A stretch of 64,000 nt of DNA from the human T2T-CHM13v2.0 reference genome, Homo sapiens: assembly GCF_009914755.1 (NCBI RefSeq), contig NC_060947.1; one strand, given 5' to 3'. The notes beneath the pieces were generated by a model, which saw only the letters and a program-made list of their open reading frames with translations, was not told where the DNA came from and searched no databases. A program made the translations under genes and the position numbers. Of the stretch, positions 30,901-45,374 are shown piece by piece (the first letter of the stretch is position 1; every line of letters begins with the position of its first letter).

Positions 30901-33828
30901 TCTTTTAAAAAATCCAGCTCCTAGATTCATTGATTTTTGAAGGGATTTTAGTGTCCCTATCTCCTTCAGTACTGCTCTGATCTTCATTATATTTTTATCT
31001 TCTACTAGCTTTTGAATTTGTTTGCTCTTCCTTCTCTAGCACTTTTAATTGTGATGTTAGGGTGTCGATTTTTGATCTTTCCTGGTTTCTGTTGCAGGCA
31101 TTTAGTGCTATAAATTTCCCTCTTAACACTGCTTTAGCTGTGTCCCAGAGATTCTGGTACATTGTCTCTTTGTTCTCATTGATTTCAAAGAAATTATTTA
31201 TTTATGCCTTAATTTCATTGTTTACCCAGTAGTCATTCAGGAGCAGGTTGTTCAATTTACATGTAGTTGTGTGGTTTTGAGTAAGTTTCTTAATCCTGCA
31301 TTCTAATTTCATTGCACTGTGGTCTGAGAGACTGTTTGTTATGATTTCGGTTCTTTTGCATTTGCTGAGAAGTGTTTTATTTTCAATTATGTGGTCAATT
31401 TTAGAATACGTGCCATGTGGCATTGAGAAGAATGTATATTCTGTTGATTTGGGGTGGAGAGTTCTGTAGATGTCTATTAGTTCCACTTACTCCAGAATTG
31501 AGTTCAAGCCCTGAATATCTTTGCTGATTTTCTGTCTCATTAATCTGTCTAATATTGACAGTGGGATGTTAAAGTCTCCCACTATTATTGTGTGGGAGTT
31601 TAAGTCTCTTTGTAGGTCTCTAAGAACTTGTTTTATGAATCTGGGTGCTTCTGCTTTGGGTGCATATATATTTAGGATAGTTAGCTCTTCTCGTTGCATT
31701 GATCCCTTTACCATTATGTAATGCTCTGCTTTGTCTTTTTTGATCTTTGTTGGTTTAAAGTCTGTTTTACCAGGGATTAGGATTGTAACACCTGCTTTTT
31801 TTTCTTTTCATTTGCTTTGTAAATATTCCTCCATCCCTTTATTTTGAGCCTATGTGTGTCTTTGCATGTGAGATGGGTCTCCTGAATACTGCACACCAAT
31901 GGGTCTTGACTCTCTATCCAATTTGCCAGTCTGTGTCTTTAATTGGAGCATTTACCCCATTTAAATTGAAGGTCAATATTGTTATCTGTGAATTTGATTC
32001 TGTCATCATCATGCTAGCTGGTTGTTTTGCATATTAGTAGATGCAGTTTCTTTATAGTGTCATTGGTCTTTATATTTTGGTGTGTTTTTGCAGTTACTGG
32101 TACTGGTTTTTCCTTTCCATATTTAGTGCTTCCTTCAGGAGCTCTTGTAAGGCAGGCCTGGTGGTGACAAAATTGCTCAGCATTTGTTTGTCTGGAAAGA
32201 ATTTTATTTCCCCTTCTCTTATGAAGCTTAGTTTGGCTGCATATGAAATTCTGGATTGAAAATTCTTTTCTTCAAGAATGTTGAATATTGGCCCCCACTC
32301 TCCTCTGGCTTGTAGGGTTTCTGCAGAGAGGTCTGCTGTTAGTCTGATGGACTTCCCTTTGTAGGTAACCTGACCTTTCTCTCTGGCTGCCTTTAACATT
32401 TTTTTCTTCATTTCAACCTGGAGAATCTGACGATTATGTTTCTTGGTGTTGCTCTTCTCGAGGAGTACCTTAGTAGTGTTCTCTATATTTCCTGAATTTG
32501 AATGTTGGCCTGTGTTGCTAGATTGGGGAAGTTCTCCTACATAAAATCCTGAAGTGTGTTTTCCAACTTGGTTCCATTCTTCTTGTCACTTTCAGGTACA
32601 CCAAACAATTTTAAGTTTGGTCTTTTCACACAGTCCCATATTTCTTGGAAGCTTTGTTTGTTCCTTTTCATTCTTTTTTCTTTAATCTTGTCTTCACACT
32701 TTATTTCAGTAAGTTGATTTTCAATTTCTGATATCCTTTCTTCTGCTTGATCGTTTCAGCCATTGATACTTGTGTATGCTTCACGAAGTTCTCATGCTGT
32801 GTTTTTCAGCTCCATCAGTTCGTTTATGTTTCTCTCTAAACTCTTTATTCTGGTTAGCAGTTCCTGTTACCTTTTGTCAAGGTTCTTAGCTTCTTTGCAT
32901 TGGGTTCCAACATACTCCTTTAGCTCAGAAGAGTTTGTTATTACCCACCTTCTGAAGCCTGTGTCTGTCAATTCATCAATCTCATTCTACATCCAGGTTT
33001 TTTTTTTCCTTTTTTTGGAGAGGAGTTTTGATCATTTGGAGGAGAGGAAGCATTCCGGTTTTTGGAATTTTCAGCATTTTTGCACTGTTTTTTTTTTCCT
33101 CATCTTCATGGATTTATCTACCTTTGGTCTTTGAGGGTGATGGCCTTTGCATGGGGTTTTTGTTTGGATGTCCTTTTTGTTGATGTTGATGTTGTTGCTT
33201 ACTGGTTGTTAGTTTTCCTTCTAACAGGCCCTTCTTCTGCAGGTCTGCTGCAGTTTGCTGGAGGACCACTCCAGACCCTTTTCGCCTGGGTATCACAAAT
33301 GGGAGCTGCAGAACAAAAAAGATTGCTTCCTGCTACTTCCTCTGGAAGCTTTGTCCCAGAGGGGCACTGGCTTGATGCCAGCTGGAGCTCTCTGGTATGA
33401 GGTGTATGAGGTGTCTGTCGACCCCTGTTGGGAAGTGCCTCACAGTCAGGAGGCATGGGTGTCAGGGACCCACTTGAGGAGGCCCTCTTTCCCTTAGCAG
33501 AGCTGGTGTGCTCTGCTGGGAGAATCTCTCTTGTCAGTATCAGCTGCTTTCTTCAGAGCCGGCAGACAGGAATGATTAAATTTACTGAAGCTGTGACCAC
33601 AGCCGCCCCTTCCCCGAGGTTCTCTATCCCAGGGAGATTGGGGTTTTGTCTGTAAGCCCCTGACCAGGGCTGTTACCTTTCCTTCAGAGATGCCCTGCCT
33701 AGTTAGGAGGAATCTAGAGAAACAATCTAGCCACAGTCACTTTGCTGCACCTAGCCCAGACTTCCCAGCCTCCTTAGCACTGTCAGGGGAAAACCACCTA
33801 CTAAAGCCTCAGTAATGGCGGACAACCT
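27929..33828 (-). mobile_element. L1PA8-like, ~5.9 kb, lacking the first few hundred bp of the 5'UTR
   Basis: 3' motif ctaggttttaagccc. Fragmented ORF2 (e.g. 31202-31714 EN, 29740-30138 RT) and ORF1 (32094-32411). Imperfect flanking gagattttt / gagactttt. Confidence 0.9.
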
Positions 33829-34491
33829 GAGACTTTTTTATTGTTGTTCTCTTGATTCTGCCTAGAAATAGAACCTCACTTAGATCTTAGAAGTCAGAAG
33901 GAAATACAGTCTAATAGAAATGGGCCAACAGGGCTTGAACCAGGATACAACAGGAAATATATTGCTTTTATAATTTGCTGAAGGGAAGACAACGTTAGGA
34001 ATGGGTCTGGCTTTAGGGTGTTTAGTGAATGTAAGTTTATCCTGGCTTAAAATTGTTAAGGGAAAATTCCTAAATGCCTGTTACTGAGATGAGGAACATA
34101 TGTCCTCTCTAGCATGGTACAAAAGATACTGGGAAGCTGTAGGCTCCTAACACTTTCCTAAACTTCTCACACCCTAACTACTATGCCTAAAATTCATACA
34201 GTTTGTCTTATCACCATAACTCCACAAGGTCCCTCTTAAGGGCACTGAATATAAGAGGCACTATCTAGAAACATTTTAAGGGATATCTTGGAGGGAATGA
34301 GTAAGGTCTGTTAGCTAGCCAGTAAGGAGTAGGCACTGGATCTTGGATAACATAATGGTTTTAGGAGAATAATTTTCTTCCTGGGGTGCAAAAACTTTAC
34401 TTTCCCTGCATCTGATTTGAATGTAGATAGATGTTTGCTCCTGGAAGTTCAGGGAGACAGATTTTAGCTTGATATAATAAATAACTTTCAA

Positions 34492-35051
34492 TGTGGGGTG
34501 TCATATTAAAGAAGGCCACAATTTCTTTTATATTCCTTCCATTGAGAGATGTTGCCTATGTCCCCTTTCTTTGGCTCTGGTTAGGCTCTGTGGCTGCTTT
34601 AATCAGTAGAATATGGTGACAGTGGCCCTATGCCAATTTCAGGGCCTAGGCTCTAATAGATTAACAGTTTCCATTTCGTGTCCCTCGAACACTTTCTGGA
34701 GACCCTGGGATGTCATGTAAGAAGTCTTAGTAGTCTGAGATCACCATGCTGAAAATAACATATATAGGCAACCTCACTTTTAGTGCCAGCTGATGCCAGC
34801 CTTTCAGCATTCTCTGCAAAAGAATCAGGAATATGAATAAAGCCATCTCGGCCCCTTCAGACCAACCAATTTCTCAGCTGAATACCATCAAGTGACATCA
34901 GTTAGTATCAGGTGGAGCAGAAAATTCAGCCAGCCAGATCTTACCTGAATTCCTAACCAACCAAAATAATAAGGTATAATAAAGTGGTTGTGTTTTAAGT
35001 TACAAAAGCATTGGAGAATAGTTTGATACACAATAATACATAGCCAGAACA
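34492..35051 (+). mobile_element. MLT1G/H-like MaLR LTR inserted in an L3 remnant (34440-34491, 35052-35260)
   Basis: TG...CA ends. catgtaagaagtc and cagctgaatacc motifs, terminal aataaagtggttgtgttttaag. The flanks join as sense L3. Confidence 0.7.
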
Positions 35052-35290
35052 GTCAGAGATATGCAAAGATAAACTGGGCTGCTTCTGATCTGCCTTTGGT
35101 CCTTGGAGGTAATGAGATTCCTGTCACTAGAAATGTATAGGCAGGGCCTGAATAGCTACTGGAGAGAAAGTTTTATAGGAGATCTCAGTAACAGAAAAAA
35201 AAAAATACTATTTGAATCATTAGTTTCTAAATATAGCTTCCCCCTCAGAATCTTCTGGAATGATTGTATAGAACACATATTCTTGTCTCC

Positions 35291-35773
35291 TCTATTAGCC
35301 AAGATTCTCCATAGATACAGAATCAATATAATTGTTTGTTTGCTTGCTTGCCTGCTTGTTTTGAGGAACTGGCTCATGTGATTGTGGAGGCTTGGCCAGT
35401 CTAAAATCTAATGGGGGATGCTGGAAGGCTGGAGACTCAGGAAAGATTTGCAGTTTAAGGCCAAAGACAGTCTGCTAGGGAACCTGGAAGAACTGATGAA
35501 ATCCCAGGACTGATGTAGCAGATGACATCTGAAAGGAATCTGCTAGAAAATTCCTTCTTGCTGGAAGGAGGTCAGCCTTTTGTTCTATTCAGGCCTTCAA
35601 CTGATTGAATGAGGCACACCGCATTATGGACAGCAAACTGCTTTACTCAAAGTTCACCAATTTAATGTAAAGCTCATAGAAAACACTCTCCCAGAAACAT
35701 CCAGAATAATGTATAACCAAATATCTGGGTACTGGGACCCAATCAAAGTCAACACATAAAATTAACCATCACA
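35291..35773 (-). mobile_element. MLT2C/D ERVL LTR
   Basis: ggaactggctcatgtgattgtggaggct...aggccttcaactgattgaatgagg...cataaaattaaccatcaca. Confidence 0.85.
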
Positions 35774-35784
35774 ACCTCTCCCCA

Positions 35785-35894
35785 TCCTCCACCACAGATT
35801 CCAATTTAGTAGGTCTGGAATGGGCTTTGGGAATATTTATTTTTAGCAAGCTCCTTAGCTGATTCTGATCTTCAGCCAGGTTAGGCACTCACTG
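35785..35894 (+). mobile_element. MER5-like fragment
   Basis: agtaggtctggaatggg...tttagcaagctccttagctgattctgat. Confidence 0.55.
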
Positions 35895-36419
35895 TACAAA
35901 TGTAACTATAAGTTATTTTGTAGCCCAGAGTCTAGGTATGTGTAAGAAGTTGGTGCTAAAGTAATCTAGTTCAACTTATTTACACAAGCCCACTTACCAG
36001 GCCATTTCTTGGCACTGGACTGGTGTAGCAGAAGGTTGATCCCTGCTGAACCCTGCAGAAAATCCTCCAGCTGCCACTACTAATTCAGTCCTTGTGACTT
36101 CACTTTTTAGAGTCAACATTTCAGATGGACATTTAGGCCAGCTGATCCTTTCTCTAGCTTGTTCTCCAGACCTAGGACCCAGGCTGGGGCATCTGAAATC
36201 TTTACCGTGAAAAGAAAAAAGTCATTTCATACACCCCTCTGTTTATACACAAGAATTCATTTTAGTTCTCAGAGAAAGACAAAGATGTGGCCTCCATCCA
36301 AAGAGAAAAGTGACTTTCTTCTGCTAACTAAAGCTATCATGGCCCATGTAATCAGTCTTTTATTCTGAACTCTAGCTGACTTTTCTTTGATGAGCTTTGT
36401 TATTTGAGAAATTGAACAG

Positions 36420-36685
36420 AATAATTATAATAATAGTAATTACAATGGCTAACCCTTGTTATGCATTCGGTATATGGTAGGCAGTCTTCTGAATGCTTAA
36501 AAATGGCAATAGTTACAACAGTCCTACGACACATAGTGTGTTTTCTTATCATGCTCATTTTTCTCTCTAGGGAACTGACACACAGGGAAGTGCTTTTTAC
36601 ATAGTTACAGAGCTGGTAAATGGCAAAATTGGAATTTGAATTTAGACACCTAGGTTCACAAGCCTGCACTTGTAATTATTATGTT
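36420..36685 (-). mobile_element. MIR
   Basis: MIR core gaactgacacacaggg...agctggtaaatggcaaaattggaatttgaa. Confidence 0.7.
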
Positions 36686-38384
36686 AAGCCGTTTCTGGTT
36701 TCAGAAGCCCACTGATCCTGGAGGAAGATCTCCATAAAGAGCTAGCCAGGCGTCACTGATTTCCATCAGCATTCTTTTCTTTGAATTTTTCTTTTATTTT
36801 TATTATTTTAATTTTTGTGGGTACAAAATAGGTGTATATATTTATGGGGTACTTGAGATGTTTTGATATAGGCATGCAATGTGAAATAGCACATCATGGA
36901 GAATGGGGTATCTACCCTCTCAAGCATTTATCCTTTGAGTTACAAACAATGCAATTACACTCCAAGTTATCTAAAAATTTGGAAGTAAGTTATTGTTGAT
37001 ATTAGTCACCCTGTTATGTTATCAAACAGTAGGTCTTATTCATTCTTCCTATTTGTTTGTACCCATTATCCATCCCCACCTCCTGCACAGCTCCCCAGTA
37101 CCCTTCCCAGTCTCTGGTAACTATCCTGCTCTCTATCCTCATGAGTACAATTGCCTTGATTTTTAGATTCCACACATAAACCAGAACATGCAATTGTCTT
37201 TCTGTGCCTGGCATATTTCACATAACATAATAATCTCCAGTTCCATCCATGTTGTTATAAATGACTGGATCTTATTCTTTGTTATGGCTAAATAGTACTC
37301 CATTATGTATATGTACTACATTTTCTTTATCCATTCATCTGCTGATAGACACTTATGATGCTTTCAAATCTTAGCTATTGTAAACAGTCCTGAAACAAAC
37401 GTAGGAGTTCAGATATCTCTTCAATATACTCATTTCCATTTTGAGGGGCATATACCCAGTAGTAGGATTGCTGAATCATATGGTAGCTTTATTTTTAGTT
37501 TCCTGAGAAACCTCAAAGCTCCATAGTCATCGTATTAATTTACATTCCCACTAACAGTGTACAAGGGTTCCCTTTTCTCCACATCCTCACCAGCATTTAT
37601 TATTGCCTGCTTTTTGGATATAAGACATTTTAATTGGAGTGATATGATATTTCAGTAGTTTTGATTTGCATTTCTCTGATGATCAACTATGTTGAGCACG
37701 TTTTCATATGCCTGTTTTACATTTGTGTGTTTTCTTTTGAGAAATTTCTTTTCAAATCTTTTGCCCATTTTTTGAGTGTATTATTAGATTTTTTCCTATA
37801 GATTGGTTTGAGCTCGTTATATATTATGTTAATTAATCCCTTGTCAGATGGGTAGTTTAGAAATAATTTCTCCCATTCTGTATGCTGTATGTTGTCTCTT
37901 CGCTTCTTTCCTTTGGTGTGCAGAAGCGTTTTAACTTAATGTGATCCCATTTGTTCATTTTTGCTTTGGTTGCCTTGATTGTGGGTATTGCTGAAGAAAT
38001 TTTTGCACAGTCTAATTTCCTGCAGAGTTTCCCAAATATTTTCTTGTAGTAGTTTTATAGTTTGAAGACTTAGACTTAGGTCTTTAATCCATTTTCATTT
38101 CAGTTTTGTATATGGTGAGAGATAGGGGACTAGTTTCATTGTTCTGCATATTTATATCCAGTTTCCCCAGCAACATTTATTGAGGATACTGTATCTTCCC
38201 CAGTGTATGTTTTTGAAACCTTTGTTGAAAATGAGTTCATGGTCAGTGTGTAGATTTGCTTCTGAGACTTTGATTCTGTTCCAGTGGACTACGTGTCTGT
38301 TTTCGTGCCAGTACTATGCTGTTTTTTTACTAGAGCTCTGTAGTATAATTTGACATCAAGTAATGTGATTCTTCCAGTTTTGTT

Positions 38385-38702
38385 ATTTTTTATTATACTT
38401 TTTATTTTTATTTTTTTCAGACGAAGTCTCACTCTGTCACCCAAACTGGAATGCAGTGGTGCTATCTCTGCTCACTGCAACCTCTCCCTCCCGGGTTCAA
38501 GTAATTCTTCTGCCTCAGCTTCCTGAGTAGCTGGGACTACAGGTGCATGGCACCATGCCTGGCTAATTTTGGTATTTTTAGTAGAGACAGGGTTTCACCA
38601 TGTTGCCCAGGCTGATCTTGAACTCCTGACCTCAAATGATCCACCTGCTTCCTCGGCCTCTCAAGGTGTTGGGATTACAGGCATGAGGCACTGCACCCAG
38701 CC
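38385..38702 (-). mobile_element. AluS (Sx/Sz-like) nested in L1MA
   Basis: Two-arm Alu. ccagtttt duplicated at 38374-38381 and 38703-38710. Confidence 0.9.
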
Positions 38703-41349
38703 CCAGTTTTTTTTTTTTTTCTTTAGGATATCTTTGCCTGTTCTGGGCCTTTTGGGCTTTCATATACGTTTTAGGATTTTATTTCCATTTCTATGAAGAA
38801 TGTCATTGGTATGTTGATAGGGATTGTATTGAATCTGTAGATTTCTTTGAGGAATATGGACACTCTAACAATATTATTTCAATCCAAGAACAATGGAATA
38901 TATTTCCATTTTTTGTGTCCTCTTCAATTGCTTTTATCAGTGTTTTATACTTTTTACTATAGAGTTCTTTCACTTCTTTGGTTAAGTTAATTGTTGGTAT
39001 TTAATTTTATGTGTGCTTGTTGTAAATGGGATTAATTTTTAAATTACTTTTTCACATTGTTCACTGTTGGCATATGGAAATGCTACTGATTTTTGTATGC
39101 TGCTTTTGCATCCTGCAACCTTACTGTATTTGTTTCTCAGTTCTACAGTTTTCTTGTGGAGTCTTTTTTTCCATATCTAAGAACACATCATCTGCAAACA
39201 AGGATAATTTTAATTCTTCCTTTCCAATTTGGATGCTCTTTATTCCTTTCTTTTGTCAGATTGTTCTGGCTAGGTCTTCCAGTACTATATTAAATAACAG
39301 TGGTGAAAGTGGGCATCCTTGTCATGTTACAGATCTTGGAGGAAAGGCTTTCAGTTTTTCCCCATTCAATATGATACTAGCTGTGAGTCTTTCATATAGG
39401 CTTATATTGTGTTGAGGTATATTCCTTCTATTCCCAATTCTTTGAAGGTTTTTATCATGAAGGGATGTTGAATTTTATCAAATACTTTTTCAGCATCAAT
39501 TGAAATTACCATATGGTTTTTATTCTTCATTTTGTTGACAGGATGTATCACATTGACTAATTTGCATAGATTGAACCATCCTTACATCCCAGGGATAAAT
39601 CCCACTTGGTCATGATGAATGTTCTTTTAAAAGTATTGTTGGAAATAGTTTGCTAGTATTTTTTTGAGAATTTTTGCATCACTATTCATCAGAGATATTG
39701 GCCTGTAGTTTTCTTTTCTTTCTTTCTTTCTTTCTTTTTTTTTTTTTTGAAGTGTTTTCATCTGGTTTTCATGTGACAGTAATACTGGCCTCATAGAATG
39801 AGTTTGGAATCATCCCCTCCTCCTCTATCATTTGGAATAGTTTTAGTAGAATTGGTATTCTTTAAATGTTTGGTAGAATTCTGCAATGAGGCCATCAAAT
39901 CCCAGGTGTTTCTTTACTGGGAGTCCTTTTATTATGGCTTTGATCTTGTTACTTGTTACTGATCTTTTCAGGTTTTGAATGTATCCTGGTTCATTCTTGG
40001 TAGGATGTACGTGTCTAGAACTTTGTCCATTTCTTCTAGGGTTTTCAATTTATTGGCATATAGTTGCTCATAGTAGCCATTAATGGTATTTTTAATTTAT
40101 GCAGTATCAGTTGTGATGTCTCTTTTTTTTCATTTCTCATTTTAGGTATTAGGATCTTCTCTCTTTTTTTCTTAATTTGTTAAAAGGTTTTTCAATTTTG
40201 TTTAACTTTTCAAAAAACAACTTTTCAAATTAATCTTTTGTATTGTCTTTTTCATTTCAATTTCATTTACTTCTGCTCTGATATTTATTATTTCATTTCT
40301 TCTACTAACTTTGGCTTTCATTTCCTCTTGCTTTTCTAGTTCTTTAAGATACATAGTAAGATTGTTTATTTGAAGTTTTTCCTCTTTATTGATGTAGGCA
40401 CTGGTAACTGTAAACTTTCTTCTTAGTATTGCTTTTGCTGTACCCTATAAATTTTTGTATGTTGTGTTTACATTGTCATTTGTTTAAGTAAATTTTTCAA
40501 TTTTCTTTTTGATTTCTTGATTATATCCCTGGTCATTCAGGAGCATATTGTTTCATTTTTACATACTTTTGTAGTTTCCAAAATTTTCTTGTTATTAATT
40601 TCTAATTTTATTCCATTGTGGGCAGAGAAGATGCTTAATATTATTTTATTTTGTAAAAAATGTTTAAGACTTTTTGTGACCTAACATATGGTGTGTCCCT
40701 GAGAATGATCCATGTGTTGAGGAAAAGATTGTGTATTTTTCAGCTCTTGGATAAAATGTTCTGTAAAATGTATTAGATCCTTTTGGTCTATAGTGCAGAT
40801 TACATATGAAGTTTTTTTGTTTATTTTCTCTCTAGAAGATCTGTCCAATGCTGAAATTGGGGTCTTAAAGCCTCCATTTATTTTGGTACTGGGACCTATG
40901 TCTCTCTTTAGTTCTAATAATATTTTCTTTTTATATCAGGGTGCTCCAGTGTTGTGTGCATATATACTTAAAGTTGTTAAATCCTTTTGCTGACTTGAAC
41001 CCTTTATCATTACATAGTGATCTCCTTTGTCTCTTCTTACAGTTTTTCTTTCAAATCTATTTTGTCAGATATAAATATAGCTACTCCAACTCTTTTTGGG
41101 TTTCCATTGGCATAGAGTATCTTTTTCCATGCCTTTATTTTCAGTCTGTGTGTGTCTTTATAGGTGAAGTTTGTTTCTTGTGGGGTCTTGATTTTTCACC
41201 TGTTCAGCCAGTTCATCAATGGGTCTTGTCTTTTCACGTGTTAAGCCAGTCTATGTCTTTTGATTAGAGAGTTTAGTCCATTTACATTGAATGTTATAAT
41301 TTATATGTAAGAACTCACTCCTGTCATTTTGTTATTTGTTTTCCTCTAG

Positions 41350-41437
41350 TTCTATCCCTCCTTCCCTCCCTCTCTCCCTCCCTCCCTCCCTCCCTTCCTT
41401 CCCTCCCTCCTTCCTTTTCTTCCTTTCTTTCTCTTCC
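41350..41437. repeat. CT-rich low-complexity tract
   Basis: (CCCT/CCTT)n by inspection. Confidence 0.85.
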
Positions 41438-44050
41438 TATAGTGAAGGTGATTTTCTCTGGTGATGTGATTTATTTTCTTGCTTTTTATTTTTTGTGTAT
41501 CAATTGTATATTTTTTGGTTTGAAGTTACCACGATGCTCACAAATACTATCTTATAACCTGTTATTTTAACCTGATAACAACTTAACACTATTTACATAA
41601 ACAAACAAAGGAGCAAAAAGAAAATTGATAAAAACTCACCTTAACTTCTTACCATCACTTTTTAACTTTTCATTGTTTGTATAATATTGATATCTTATTG
41701 TACTATCTATATCTTGAAAAGCTGTTGTAGTTATTATTTTTGATTGGTTCATCATTTAATCTTTCTGCTTAGAATAAGACTAGTTTATACACCACAATTA
41801 CAGTGTTACAATAAGTGTATGTTTTCCTGTGCACTTGCTATTGTCAGTAAGTTTGGTACCTTCAGGTGATTATTTATTGCTCATTAGTATCTTTTCCTTT
41901 CTGAATGAAGTACTCCGTTTAGCATTTCTTGTAGGACAGGTCTGGTATTAACACAATCCTTCAACTTGGGTTTGTCTGAGAAAGTCTTTTTTTTTCTCCT
42001 TTATGTTTAGAGGATATTTCCACTTGATATACTATGTTAGGGTAAATGTTTACTTTTCTTTCCTTTGGCACTTCAAATGTCATGGCACTGTCTCCTGACC
42101 TATAGGGTTTCCACTGAAAAGTCTGCTGCCAGATGTATTTCAGCTCCATTGTATGCTATTTGTTTCTTTTCTCTTGTTGATTTTAGGATCCTTTCTTTAT
42201 CTTTAACCTTTGGGAGTTTGATTATTAAATGCCTTGAGGTAGTCCTCTTTGGGTTAAATTTGCTTGGTATTCTACAACCTTCTTCTACTTGGATATTGAT
42301 ATCTTTCTCTAGGTTTGGGAAGTTCCCTGTTATTATCCCTTTGAATAAACTTTCTACCTTATCTCTTTTCCTACTTTCTCTTTAAGGCCAATAACTCTTA
42401 GATTTGCCCTTTTGAAGATATTTTATAGATCCTGTAAGCATGCTTCATCTTTTTATTCTTTTCTCTTTTGTGTCCTCTGTGTATTTTCAAATAGTCTGTC
42501 TTCAAGCTGACTAAATCTTTCTTCTTCTTGATCAATTCTGCTATTAAAGGGCTCTGATTCTTTCTTCGGTATGCCAGTTGCTTTGTTCAGGTCCAAAATT
42601 TCTGCTTGATCATTTTTAATTGGTTTAATATATTTGTTAAATTTATCTTATAGAATTCTGAATTAGTTCTCTGTGTTATATTGAATTTCTTTGAGTTTCC
42701 TCAACACAGCTATTTTGAATTCTCTGTGTGAAGAGTCCCATATCTTTATTTCTCGAGGATTGGTCCCTGGTGCCTTACTTAGTTCAATTTGTAAGTTCAT
42801 GTTTTCCTTCATAGTGTTGATGCTAGTAGATGTCCTTCAGTGTTTGGGCATTAAACAGTTAGGTATTTATTATAGTCTTCACTCTCTGGGGTTTTTGTAG
42901 CCATATTTCTTGGGAAAGTTTTTCAGGTATTTGAAAGAACTTTGATATTGTTATCTAAATGGTATATGCTTTACAGGGTACCCCAAGCCCAATAATACTG
43001 TGATTCTTGCAGACTTGTAGAAGTACTGCCTTGATGGTCTTGGACAAGATCTGGGATAATTCTCTGGATTACCAGGCAGAGGCGGTTGTTCTCTTCCCTT
43101 GCTTTCTCCCAAACATAGAGTCTGTCTGTGTTCTGAGCCACCTAAAACTGGGATGGAGTGAAACAGATAGCCCTGTGGCCACCACATCTATGACTGCACT
43201 GGGTCAGACCTGAAGCCAGCACAGCACTGGGTCTTGTCCAAGTCCTGCTGTTACCATTCCCTGGCTACTGCCTATGTTCACTCAGTTCCCAGGTTCTCTA
43301 CCCCCACTATGGCTGTGCTCGTGCCTAAGGTGCAAAACAAAGCCCCCTTTACATTTTCCTCTCTTTTTCTCTAACAGAAGGAGTTTCACCCCATAGCCAC
43401 AACAGCTAGTAATGTTCTGAGTTTCACCTGAAGCCAGCAAGTCTCAGAGGCTCACCCAAGACCCTGGATGTAGGACCTGGGTATCGGTTCTGATTAAGAC
43501 CGAAGAGTTCTTCAGTTAGCAGGTGATGAATGCTGTCATGACTGGGCCCTTTTCTTCAAGGCAGCAAGTTTCCTTATGGCCCAAGGTGTGTCTCAAAATG
43601 TTGTCATGGAGCTAGATCCTGGAACAGGGACCTCATGACTCTGGCCAGTGCCCTATCCTGCTGTGGCTGAGCTGGTATCCAGTATCCTAGATGCAAGACA
43701 AAGTCCTCTGCACATTTCCCTTTCCTCTCCTCAAGCAGAATGAAGGAGTCTCTTTTGGAACTGAGCTGTGAAGCCTAGGGTTGAGGATGGGTGATGCCAG
43801 CACTCCCTTGGCTGCCCCAGCTAGTGTCTCAGTATGTCGCATGTCCTCTTAGTCCACAGTCTCTTGGCCTAGTTCAGCACTGTCTCCTCCCACATTCTGG
43901 ACATTCTATACTTATTAACACAGCTTAAGGTGGTGTTAATATTTGGGGCACCCCATTATTCTCTGTACTCACAAGGTCTTGCAAACATCTAACCCTTCCT
44001 TTAAGCATTTTTTCACTTTAGGCACTGAGCTTCATCTTATGAAAATATGC

Positions 44051-44540
44051 TGTGGTAAGATGAATAAAGACCCCCAAGATGTTCACATCCTGATTCCCTG
44101 GACCTGTGAACATGTTACCTTATGTGGCAAAAAGCACTTTATAAATGTGATTAATTTAAGGACCTTAAAATGGGAAGATTTTCCTGGAATGTCCGAATAG
44201 CCTCAGTGTAATCACAATGGTCCTTATAAGAGGGAGATAAGAATGTCAGAGTGGGAGAGAGATTTGAACATTCCATGCTGCTGGCTTTGAAGATGAAGGA
44301 AAGGGGCCATGAGCCAAGAAATGTAGATGACCTCCTGAAGCTGCAAAATAAAAAAAAAAATTATTCACCCCTAGAACCTCCAGAAAATAACTGAGCCCTA
44401 CCAACACCTTGATTTTAGTCCAGTGAGATCTCTGTTGGACTTCTGCCCTCTAGAACTATAAGGTAATCTATTGTTATTGCTTGTTTTATTATTTACTAAG
44501 TTAATGATTATTTGCTACAGCAGGAAGACACAAATAATAA
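44051..44540 (+). mobile_element. MLT1D-like MaLR LTR
   Basis: ccccaagatgttcacatcctgattccctggacctgtgaacatgttacc...ctggctttgaagatg...aacaccttgattttag. Confidence 0.85.
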
Positions 44541-45374
44541 AAATCAACAGTTTTGTAGAAACTTTAAAATGACAAAGCATTCTAGAATGGAAGACTAGAG
44601 CATCTAGTTTAACCAGTGAGGACACAAAGATTCAGAGAGGGAAACGTACTTATCCAGAGTCACATAGCAAGTTACTGGTAAGACTGGGACTGGAATCTAG
44701 GTTTCTTACGTTTTGGGGTAGGGTGATTTTCCCCACCTGTTAGCTACCTCTCATAGAATAAGACATAACTTTCAGAGAATGAACTGTGGTAAAGAGAAGG
44801 GAAAGAAGTAGTCTGAGGTGCCAGAGTAAGTCAGTGTCAGAGCCAAACCTCTGATCCAAGTCTCCAGATTCTTGTGTTTCTCCATTTTACCACATAGTCT
44901 GTTGCCTGTCTTTGGTTCAAGCATATGTCTAATTTCCTTTCATTATTTGCAGCCATTTTTTTTTTTCTCCTCTAGCTTCATTTACCTATGTAGTTCTGAA
45001 ATAGTGACAGGAGTTGAGAAGGAGTGAGGGTAAAAATCCCTCATCTGGTTAATGTGCCAGCACAGCTTTTCATGGTGGCAGAGCACTTGACACTTGGAAA
45101 CATTTCACTTTGCAGCCAACCTTTGTAAAAGCCTATTTTGTGTTGGTTTTGTTTAATAGGAAATTAAAAAAAAAAACAAATTCCAAAGTTTTCCTTAGCA
45201 CATTTTGTCTGTAGGGAATTAATGCAAATTATTGTGCTCTTTGCTCTTGTTCTAAGCTACTAGCTTTTTTGAAACTCGGGGATGGGAACCTGAGATGGGA
45301 TGATGAGCATGTTTAAATAGTGCAGAGATTGTGAAAGACTACAGGACTAGCAAGCTTTCTTTGGAGGATTCTGT

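Larger units (their letters stand above)
36790..43880 (-). mobile_element. Near-full-length L1MA2/3-like element with L1M1-type 5' region
   Basis: 3' motif tttgtgggtac...cacatcatggagaatggggtatc. Continuous degenerate ORF2/ORF1. GC-richer 5' region at 42950-43880. Confidence 0.85.

Noticed and set aside
36766-43885. tcagca... at both ends of the L1MA2-like element as a TSD
   Set aside because: Only 6 bp match exactly, and the right copy may be L1 5' sequence; not supportable.
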